Positions 23,948 to 36,314 of a DNA stretch of 64,000 nucleotides are shown piece after piece. The notes beneath the pieces were generated by a model. The model did no database searches. It saw only the letters and a list, made by a program, of their open reading frames with translations, and was not told where the DNA came from. This stretch comes from Rozella allomycis CSF55 (Eukaryota): positions 1 to 64,000 of the forward strand of contig KE561067.1 of the NCBI GenBank assembly GCA_000442015.1, read 5' to 3'. Made by a program: the position numbers and the translations under genes. How positions within the stretch are numbered: the stretch's first letter is position 1; each line of letters starts with the position of its first letter.

Positions 23948-25148
23948 CTAATCAGTAGTTTGTGAAGGTAGTAACATATTGGAAGGGATCCATGTTGGAT
24001 AAATTGGCAAATACGGCATAATAAAAGGACTTGAATTGGAAATGGTTCCCCTCCTTTTTAATCTTGCAGGAGAACATTTGATTGCCTGTCCCAACCATAT
24101 TTTTCCATTCTAAGTTCGAAAACAAAGCTAATTACTTCATTTTCAACTGCATTTTGCGCTGCTTCGTTGTTTTTATATGTAACAAATGAAAATGCATCAA
24201 GCGGCACTTTTGAATGCTGTCAATTTTATTACTTCCGAATTGTTTTTTTCTGTTTATAATTTCTATCTGCTCTATTTCGCCATAAAGACCAAACTTGTCG
24301 CGAATGTTTTGCTCATTAACGAGATCAGGGTTTAGTCTACCAATAAACACTTGATTTGGTAAAGTTTTGTAGGCATCCTCTAAATTCTCTTCAAAAAATA
24401 TTTCAGTATCAATTCTTTTGGTGGCAAGATAATTCTTTGACCTCCCCCTACGTTGAATATCTATTTTTCTGAATAGGTCTTGTTTAATCCAGCTCGATGG
24501 ATCTTTAACAAAATGGTTGGGTACCCATTGAATTTCCCAATCTTGGTTATTGGTTTTGAAAGTCTTTATAACTGAATATAGTAAAGACTTACTCTGAACG
24601 CAATAATAGCTTCATTTCTATTACGATATTGTACACAGGTAATCTGTACAGGTTCTTGTATTCCACTCACATGGTGTGGTAATGTCCAGATAGATTGACA
24701 AAATTCAATCTTGCCGAAGCTTCTTGCATAATTTTTAAATGATTCAGCGCTCATGCTTGAATTTAACACTAGCAAAGTCCTGACGCACCTAGCCTTTTCT
24801 ACTCGTAGCCTGCGATTCTCCATTTCCATCCCGGACCCGTAAATTGAGGCTTGATAAGCATCTTCTACATCCTGATCAAAGGACTGCATGAATTTCTTAC
24901 TTGGAATTGTAAGAAACCAAATGGGCGACCTCTTTTATCTCTGGAAGCCTTAATTGACAAAACACCAAAACCTTGAAACAATTCATTTAGCCTTTCTGAA
25001 AGCTCTTCATTACTTAATTTCTGAGGAAGACTAGTTTCCATTGAACCAATTACTATTACTTTGCAATAAATAGGCATGCATCAGGGTGCGCCATGCTGTC
25101 TTCATTTTCTGTAGTATACGGTGCCATATCCTTTAAATTTTTATCCAT
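23948..25148 (-). CDS. Rim4-like RRM RNA-binding protein, 5 short introns
   Basis: PDACLFIANLP..RDKRGRPFGFLQF..RRLRVEKARCVRTL resembles Rim4 RRM1; later RRM VFIGRLNPDLV..FGLYGEI..AFSFVTY. Confidence 0.72.
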
Positions 25149-25402
25149 TGCAAAAATGCTATTGAAAAGGCATAATTTTGGCAATTTTTATAGGTCAATG
25201 ACTTTGTCATCTGTCATTTGATAGTATTCCCTATATCAAGATTTTCTTTATTCATCAACCTTTTTATTGATTACTGAAGTCTTCACTGGAATAATATAGT
25301 TTTACAGAATCATTCAAAATCAAGCGAATTTACGAAAATACAATAGTTTCAAACACATCAAAATTGATAATGTGTTGATTCTTTCTGAGTGTTTACATTT
25401 TG

Positions 25403-27248
<1,846 letters not shown>

Positions 27249-27367
27249 TAACACTGCAGATAAATCTCCGGTTACCTCGACGAGTAACTCAATGTTAGTT
27301 AAGTATAAAAATAAAATCTTCAAAATGTTTTATTATGCATCAATGTTAAATGATAATGCCAACATCT

Positions 27368-27940
27368 TTATTCGCCATGCTTCAGCACTCTCACAAACTC
27401 CCGGTAATTAAAGTTATTTTTGTGGTCAATTTTTGCCCCTTTCATGAGAATATCAACTTCATCATCTGTAAATCTATCACCCATTGTTGTCAAATATTCT
27501 CTTAAATCATCAGCATTAATGGATCCCAGCGATCTTTCGTCCAACGCCTCAAATGCTTGTAGGATTTCATGCTCAGGATCTGTACCTGACAATCTATTAT
27601 ATTTCACGATATTACATTACTTTTCCCCCATTAATGTCAAGAACATGGTGAAGTTTATAGATCCAGGGGCTTCTGCCATCATATCGTCAATGTATTCTTC
27701 AGTCGGTGATTGACCTTTATTGAGAAACATCTTGTCTTACCAAGAGATGCTAGCATATCTTTTAAATCCTCCTTGTCAATAAATCCATCATTGTCATGAT
27801 CAATCATTGAAAACGCTTCTTTGAATTCAGCGATTTGCTTCTGATCAAACATTGCAAAAACATTAGAATTTTGTCGAACCGACCGTTTCTTCTTTTGCTT
27901 TCTTGCTGACTGAATGGATTGAAACAAAATGAATTACCAT
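27368..27940 (-). CDS. Myosin regulatory light chain, introns 28/26/27 nt
   Basis: [69 protein letters not shown]. Confidence 0.95.
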
Positions 27941-27984
27941 CTGAAAATAATGTAAACAAAAATGCGCTATTCAAATAAGGAGAT

Positions 27985-29109
27985 TTATTTTCTATATTTT
28001 TCAGAATATAAGATTAAGATTAAGGCAAGAATCATTAGACACATTCCAGCTGTAGTTGAGACAGAAATTTGATCTTTGTATGCTAAAGCGTGAACCAAAG
28101 CTGTCAATGGAATTGTGAGGATGATGGCGAGGGAAGCTACAAAGGGTGATGTAAAGGCAATAGCCAAAAGGAAGAGGGAGTTATAGCAAAGGGAACAAAA
28201 AATGTTTCCTGCGATGTAGATCCAAATAATATTTTTGTTAGGTAGACAAAATTCTTCTAATTTGGTTATATGCACAACCAATAGTAAAGGCCACTGTCCG
28301 AACAGCGTAAAGAGGCCAATGTATCCAGTTATCTGATTTGACAAATAAATTTTCCACGACGAATCTTTAAACACTGACTTCAAAGTATTGAATGACATGA
28401 ATTTCTTTAATAAGACTTCGTAAAGCCCGTAAAAGATCGCAGATACTAGACCGAGAATTTCACCAATCCAATTAGTTTCACTCAAGTTTGAATTATTATT
28501 TCCATTTTCGAAAATCATGTAGATACTACAGAAAGCCATCAAGCAAGAGACCAAATGAAGCCAGCTCCATGTCATATTTAAAAAAAAGATAGAGAATATG
28601 AAAGCAAAGAAAATATTTGAATTAAATAGTAACACTACAATATGTGCTTCTGTGTATTGCAGGGACATGTACCATAACAAATTTGGGATTGTGGAGAGAA
28701 TGGAGAATAGAAATGAAAAAATTAGAAACTTTTTTAAAGGAAATCCTGTTAAAAAGCGGATTCTTTTGCTGTAACCCAATTTTTTAAAGTCGAGAGGTTG
28801 AGGTTCTAAATCTGTGTTTGAATTAGTTGAACTCGCTAACGTTTCTGATGACTCTGCTGTAAATGAATTAGACATCTTGTTTCTTTGAAATTTAAGTCTA
28901 ACATAATCAACGAAAAGTAAAACCGTCAGAAATGAATGACTTGCCCACCTTTTAGTTAAAAAAAATTATCAACTTTACAGGATGAAAAAAGGCTGCTTGT
29001 AGTTGTATTCTTTTTGTATTACTTGAGCGATTTCATTTTGAAGTATGTATATAATGATACAAAGGAATAGACACAAGGCGCCTTTGAACCTTTCAGTCCA
29101 TATTTTCAT
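27985..29109 (-). CDS. DMT/EamA transporter (SLC35F/THI74-like), one 30-nt intron
   Basis: YKQPFFILW..HSF, multiple TMs, GEILGLVSAIFYGLYEVLLKK, TSPFVASLAIILTIP. Confidence 0.8.
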
Positions 29110-29265
29110 TTGCCAAATTTTGCAAAAAAAGTCGCGGAAAATCACGTTGGCCAGTTCTTCAAAATTAAAAGACTAGATACATCAAAATCTTAATTTTGCT
29201 TATTTTATTTATCATCGTGAAAAGTTATTGATTTTGATTACATAATATACTAATACCTTTACATT

Positions 29266-30405
29266 TTACAGTTTAAGAATTTTCGATGGTCGATAAAAGA
29301 CAAAAAGAAAAATGATACCAAAAACCACAGCCAGTCTTGCAATTGAATGGGAACTTGCAAAGGGAAATAATTGTCTCAAGAATTTAAAAGAAATGTATAT
29401 TATAAGAAAAGAAACAGCAAAAATAAAAGTTGGATGTACCTTGAGTGTTTTCCTTGCCATTCTATTCGATATAGATTCATCAATGAAGAAATATTTCGGA
29501 CTTTTAACTCCATCCAATTGTTTGTGTTGGTTTTGACTGAGCATTGGACGAATTTCATCAGGTTTTGATTCAATGAGGCTACCATAGAGAATTCCTTCAT
29601 CGCATGTGTTTATTTTGGCGTTAATCATTTTTCCCAAGAAGCAACATGTTTCAGTATTGAATTGAGGGGAGACGAAGACGGTTCTGTAATTTATGTCTTT
29701 TCCTTTAAGATATTCAGATTGGATTTCTGTTATAAGAACATTTTGAATAGTTCCAATATTCTTTTCAGGGGAAAATGAATAGATAATTTCTGATCCATTT
29801 CGATCTGCAACGGTTATTGAAAGGTTTGAAATTTGATCTCTAAACCTTTGAACGAGAACAATGTGATTTCTCAAAGAGTCATTTGTAATATCGAGTGATT
29901 TATAAACTCTATGGTTTAGCAATACTTGGGTTATTTGGTAGGCATTGTTGTTTTCTAATAGAAAGGATAGAGGAATGGCCCCTAGTTTAATCCTGCAATT
30001 CATTGGAATTATTTTTGTTAAAGATTTTAAAATGGATGAAAATTGTTTTGGAAAGCAAAACTCTATTATTATTTCAACTACACCTTCTAGCATAAGCGGA
30101 CTACAATGTATNCTTCTAGCATAAGCGGAATACAATGTATTTACCGTGAAAACATGTTTTAACCTGCTCCAGCAAATCTTCGCTCGTTAAACATATGCCA
30201 AATGGAACATTTTTTACAAATTCTTTATTGCTGATTAAAGTTGAAGTCTCTAACAATCACATTTAAATCTTACTGAAATTGTAACGCTATTCAATGACGA
30301 AGTTTCAGAATTATCATTTTCTATACTGTTGAATATTTTTTTACTATTATTCCGTTCGCTTTCTTTAGTCCTATTTCGAACTTCTTCGACAAGATCCCAG
30401 GTCAT
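29266..30405 (-). CDS. Hypothetical protein with two C-terminal TMs (crosses N join at 30112)
   Basis: MTWDLVEEVR.. joins the 29266-30135 ORF via short introns; C-terminal hydrophobic helices. Confidence 0.5.
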
Positions 30406-30443
30406 TGATTTAAGAAAAATGGAAAAGTAAATGTAAATAAACA

Positions 30444-33400
30444 ATGGTTCTGTTTGGCGAACTTGACATTGTGTAAAAAGAGTATATTGTTGAGAATTAG
30501 TTACTCCACTGGTTCTATCACTAATAGTGTGCAGTCCCAGTACATTGATGAAAAGACGATGCTGGTGGCATTTGGTCATGTGCTCCATTTGTATGACACC
30601 GAAGAGAAGACAATTTTAAGCCAAATGTATGTATGTAAAGATGAAATAACTGCCTTGAGCGTCCATGCCAAAGAGGGAATTGTGGCATTCAGTACAAAAG
30701 TGGAGAGTGACGTCCATTTTCTCTCTTTACCATCACTAAAGGCGTCTCATGTCAAGAGTATAACAGGTATTTTGATTAAAGAAAACTTCATTTAGGTAAA
30801 TGTGAACGTTATTTCATGTTCATCAGGTAATGTTGATGAAAGCGTTCAAAAGGGTTGAGCGATCAAACAACAATATCCATTGACTTTCATGGTGATCGAA
30901 TGGTAGTTCTAGGCGGTGCACCCAGCTTTACTCTGAGTGTGATTGACTGGCGCCAAAACGTTATCCAATGTCAAATTTCGAATGGATCTCCGGCCAAGCA
31001 AGTCCAGTTTAATCCCATGGATAGCCATTACTTTATTACTTTTGGCTATAACCAGTTAAAGTTTTGGTGGATCAAGGAGGGCTATAGAAAGACCAGTTTG
31101 AAGAATGTAACCAAGAGCGAAAGTAGACAGCGAATGGAGATGTTGAATAGAGGAAATGAAGTTATATTCTCTAGGGTGTTGGGTAGAATGATGGATGTTG
31201 ATCCCGTGTGGAATGATAAGAATGAGGTTGTAGTGGTGTTGAATGATGGCAAGGTTATGCGTGTTGGTGTGAATTGTGAATGTGAGCAAATGGATGTCCG
31301 CCTTAATTGTGGAGTGTTAGCTGATTTTAAGTATACCATGAATGGATACGTTATGTGTTACAGAGTAACTTGATTTGATTGCAAGGATAGGATGGAACTG
31401 TTGAATTTCACAAGGAGAGAAAGGAAGCGGAAATAGAAAATGATAATTTTAGAGATTTGAATACAAAATTTGAGCACAAGATAAACCATGTAGTTTTTTC
31501 TCCGTCTCACGAGACCCTAGCAATTGTTGGAAGCAATGGAGAGTTGACAACAATAAACCGTGAAACTTTGAGCAAGGAAAAAGTAAAATAAAACTATATT
31601 ATGTGAAATAAAGCACTTGTTTAATGGAAATAAAGTGAAGAGCATGAGTTTAACGAGTGACCAAGAAATCCTGATGGTGGAAGATGATAAAAGATTGGTA
31701 GTGTTTAATGCAGAAACTAGACAGAGAAGAGGTGAGTAGTTAAAGGGGAGTATATGTAGAATTGTATAGAATCAAGGAAGAGAAAAGGGAAGTGATATGT
31801 GTGTCGCATCCGTTTTTTCGAATGATTGTTGTTGGTCATGAAAATGGGATAGAATTTCATCGGCGAATAGAAAAAGTTGAGAGTGAAGCAGAAAAAGAAG
31901 AGAGTGAGTTGAATGAAGAAACGATGATATTTGAATTCGAGTTGAAAAAGGTCAAGAGGATGAGATTTGACCCTATGGGCCGCCACCTAGTTGTTCATAG
32001 TGAGAGTGGGTTGAGTGTGTTTACGGTTGGCCTGAATGGAATAAATTTTGGCGGCTATTTGAAGAGCAAGGGGAGTATCCAAAGTTTGAGTTTCTATTTA
32101 GTGGAAGAGGAGGTAATTGAGTTTATTAAAAGGAAAAGTTTTCGTATTTGATTGTGCTATGCCACATTGGCCATGAAAGTTTAATTTTCCGGTTCATGTT
32201 TCCGATCGAGGTGATGAATTTCAAGCCTGTTGCGACGACAGAGTATTATATACCCAAGGAGGTTATACCGGTAAGTGAATATTGAGGGTATGAAAGTGTT
32301 GTTCGTACCGGGTTGATTGTGTTGTGAGTGATGTGTTTGCGATACCGAATAGTTTAACGAATGGCAAAGAAGTGATTTATTTGATTGTTGGGGAGAGCAT
32401 TAAAGGTAAGGAATGGAGTGAGAGTTGAAAGGGATGAATTTGCTGTCTAAAAAGCCAACTGATAATGCGAATGAAATACCGACGCTGATATCGAATGCGT
32501 TTAACAATTTGAATGGGCATTTGAAGAGGGCGAAATTTTACCAGAGTTTGAATAGAGAGTGGATGATAACGTTTGGGATGGATGGGAATGTTATGATCCG
32601 GGGTATTTTGGATGTAGAAAAATACCAAATGATTCAAACGAATGAAGGATTCAAGGATGGGATTGCTGAAATAATGATATCGCCAGATTTCAAGTGGCTT
32701 TGTGTTTTGGGGAATGATGGAATATTGAGGTTGATTGAGTGGAAATATACAACGAATGGCAAGAGATTGGCCATGACAGTAGCAGAAGATGTGAAACAAT
32801 TTTACTTGAATCAATTTGAGCATTTTAATAAAATAGAAAAGAATTTTTCATTAATAAAATTTGAGAAAAAGATTAAGGAAATTTCAGAAATAGATCAATC
32901 AGAGACCCTTGTTAAAAGAGAGAATTTGCGAGATAGATTGAGAGAGATTAAAGAAAAGATAAAGCAGATAATAGAGAATAATGGGAGGGTAGATGAGAGT
33001 GAGAGATTGGAGATTGAGGAGATGATAATAGATGAAGAGAAGAGGGAGCGATTGACGTTGCAGGGGATTGAGCAAGTTGATCGAATGAAGAGTGAAATTG
33101 AGAATGAAAATTTGAAGCAAGAAATAATTTTTAGAAAATTGAAATCTGAATTTTGGGATTCAATGAGAGTGAAAGGGAAATCAATTAAATCGTTTGATCT
33201 AAAAATAGATTTGAGAAATTATCCAATCTGTGAAGAAAGAGAAGAAGAAGATTTGATTAAAAAGATTATCAATCTGAGGAAATGTCAACTAGAGTTTGAA
33301 AGGGGGAAAGAGAGAGTGAAAGGTGAAGAGAGAGTGAAAGGTGAAGAGAAAGAGAAAGAGAAGGAGAGAGTGAAGGGTGAAGACAAGCAAAGTTATTTCA

Positions 33401-36262
33401 ATTCAATCTGCAACTTTATTCAAGAGGAAGATAAAGAAGTAACTAGAGAAGGTAAGGAAGTAGTTAGAGAAGGGAGAGAAGGGAGAGAGACTACTTCAAC
33501 ACATACTCCTTCTTCTACCACTACTTCTTCTAATACTTCAACTTCAACTCCTTTTACCACTTCAACCCCCTCTTACCCATCTAACCCCCCTACTACCCCC
33601 ATCAATTCGCTGCTGTTTCATCCCTTCGAGTTGAATTCAATTGAGAAACAAAAAATACAAATTTTGCTAATTAAAGAATTAATTAAAACAATAAAAATAA
33701 AATTCAATTCAAAATTTACAAATTTGTATCAAATGAAAAAAGATGAAATTTCCAAAATAGAAGAAAGAAATTCGCGAATTTTAGAAATAGTGAAAGAATT
33801 AGAGATGAAAGATTATTTAATAAAAAATTATTTTCTGGATGTTGATGAGAACCCAGAATTGTTGTTTCAAAATGATTTAAACAAAAATTCTAAAAAAGAA
33901 ACAATTTCTGAAATTTCCAAAATAGAAGAATGGAAGAAAAGGGGAATAAATTTGATGATGAATGGACGATTGGAATCATTTCAGAATACAGAAAATGAAA
34001 ATAATAAAATTCCAGAATTTATTTCTAAAAATAAATCAGAATTAACAGAAGAAGAAAAGAAGCTATTAAAAGAATATGAAAAGAAACAAAACACAATTAA
34101 AGAAGAATTAGAGAAACATAAAAAAGCATTGGAAACTGAATTGAAGAAAATTTCATCTTTTATTTCTGAAATTGCAATAAATTTTGATCTTAGATTGAAT
34201 CTATTTTTACAAGAAAAAATTTTCACAGATAATCTAATTCTATTTTTAGAACTTGAAATTTCTAAATTACAGAAATCAATTGTATTTAAAAAAGAAAAGG
34301 AAGAAAAAGAAGAAATATTAATTGAAAGGTTGAATGATTTGAAAATAGAAAAGATGAATTGTTTGAATGAGATTCCAGAGATTAAGAAAGATTTAGAGCA
34401 TTGCAGAGAAGGATATGAGAGTTGTTTGAAGAGAGAAAAGGAATTTGAAAAGCAATTTAAAAAAGAGTTTCATCAATATGAATTTTATTACGATTCACTT
34501 TTAAGATTATTCAAAAAGAGGGAATACACAAAGGTAAAGAGATTGAGTTAAAAGGTGATGTAGGTAATGTAAGAGTTAAAGTCTTATAATAGGTAATTCA
34601 ACTATAGTAGTCTTTCACTGCAGGTAATCCCCCCTTTAAGTCTCCAACTGCAGGTAATACCCCCTTCAAGTTTAACTTCTCAAACTTTAACTTCTCAAAA
34701 TAGTTATTTAAAGAATCCATTTAATTCTTTAAATGGAATTGAATCTCTTCTGCCAATTAATGAAAGTGACATCCCAGAAGGTACCTTCTAACCCTTTTAA
34801 AGACCAGGATTGAATGTAGAGATTTGGAATAAATTTCTAGATTTCAGAGAAAAAAAGATTAGATTGGAGCAAGAAGTGAAAATAGCAAATAAAAAATTTA
34901 ATGAAATGCAAAATCTAGTGAATCAAATTGTTTCAGAATCTGAAAAGATAAAAATAGAAACAGAAAAAGTTTCTGCAGATTTCATCAAATTTAAAGAAGC
35001 TTCTTTTCTCTTTTCTTTCAACGTTGAAGTTTTATGCAAACTCAAACAAGGCCAAGTTGAAGTTTCTCAAGCCCCTGTCCTAACTGACTATTCTGATGCA
35101 TGTCTCATCAACAGAAATATTGTAGAGAAATTAAATTCTCAAATTTTGCAAATTGCTTCTCAAAAAGTGGAAGCTCTAAATGAGATTAAAAATTACAGAA
35201 AAGGTAATTAGAAGGGATTTGAGGTGAGATAGGTAATCAGGGAGTTGAAAGGGTGAGATAGGTAACAGAGGGATATTTAAGGTGAGATAGGTAACAGAGA
35301 GTTGAAAGGGTGAGATAGGTAACAAAGGGATTTAGGGTGAGATAGGTACGTTAAAACTAGTAGGATAGAGATAGGTACTTCAATCTGTGGCTTATATATT
35401 AGGTACTCGGATCTGTGGCTTATATATTAGGTACTCGGATCTGTGGCTTATGAAATAGGTACTTGGATCTAAAACTATTTCATATAGGTACCTTCTAGTC
35501 TCTCCCCTTTATCTAGGTAAATACATTCAAAATCCTTAAAAAGGGATTCATTATTTGGAGTGGGAAAATAAAGTTTTGGACTTTCAACAGGAAAATTTAA
35601 TACTGAAAACAAGAGACATTCAACTGTTGAGAGTTTCTAAACAAATGCAAGATTTCATTCGCTCTGGTGACGATGGAAAACATTCAAACGAAATTTCATT
35701 AATTGAAAAAAGATTTGAACACGCAGAAAAAGTATTTTCTTTTCTTTTATTATTATAGAATCATCAACACAAGATTAATGAAAAGAAAAGATTAATTAAA
35801 TCGTTGAAATTGAAAATTAATCAAATTTCTTCTTCAAATGTTGATCTAAGCCACAAGTTGACAAATCTAGACTTGCTAGTCAAAGAGAGGCAACTAAGTG
35901 ATGGGGGAGATAGAAGTGGAGTTGAGAGGGTGGGAGATAGAAGTGGAAGTGAGAGGGTGGAAGATGATCATCGAGATAACGAGAAAGAGAAAGATGGAAT
36001 TGAGTTTAATAGGGTTGATAATGGTCATGGTGATATCTCTAATCAATCCATGGACACAAGTAATTCTCAATGTCATTCTCTAGTAGATAATCTAAAACAC
36101 GTCCAGATTTATAGCAGATTGAAAGAAAAAATTTCAGCTCAATCAGACGATCTTTTCATTCTCAAACAAGAAGTAGAAAAATTAAAGTCTAAATCTATTC
36201 CCTTGTTTGGCAGAATCAATTCTTCAAACATCAACCCCTGGTCGTCATTCGTAAAGAAATAA
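30444..36262 (+). CDS. CFAP43: Cilia- and flagella-associated protein 43 (WD40 + coiled coil), with three compound introns
   Basis: WD40 N-half (PSFTLSVIDW, VQFNP); SEFWDSMRVKG; PEGLN..W..R..KI..E; LKQGQVEV..DYSDACLINR; RKG|IHYLEWE..RDIQLLRVSK. Confidence 0.85.
30767..30852 (+). other. Compound intron: 3 tandem GT-AG units (29, 31, 26 nt)
   Basis: 30767-30795, 30796-30826, 30827-30852; only complete removal restores the frame (SITG|LSDQ). Confidence 0.8.
34534..34653 (+). other. Compound intron: 3-4 tandem GT-AG units (30, 29, 31, 30 nt)
   Basis: 34534-34563, 34564-34592, 34593-34623, 34624-34653; units 1-3 contain in-frame stops, unit 4 is in frame and could be exonic. Confidence 0.75.
35204..35543 (+). 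repeat. Compound intron: tandem array of 12 GT-AG units of 27-29 nt
   Basis: Every unit begins GTA and ends AG; removing all 340 nt gives AAA G|GG ATT CAT (RKGIHYLEWE). Confidence 0.88.
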
Positions 36263-36314
36263 ACAACCTTCTTTAATTCATTTCTTTATTTTAATTTTTA
36301 TTAATTATATGAAT

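Noticed and set aside
30427-30452. Possible GT-TG intron after ATG 30419 at the CFAP43 start
   Set aside because: A simpler model fits: ATG 30444 (MVLFGELDIV) plus a canonical 28-nt GT-AG intron at 30473-30500
33300-33600. AGGTGA/AGGTAA-containing repeats inside the long CFAP43 exon as another hidden compound intron
   Set aside because: The period is about 18-21 nt, below the ruler size, and the frame is open; one in-frame 30-nt candidate near 33452 cannot be decided without RNA data
35204-35543. Resemblance to a CRISPR array or plain minisatellite
   Set aside because: Eukaryotic context, no cas genes and no repeat/spacer alternation; the only invariant is AGGTA at intron-length spacing, flush with exon boundaries
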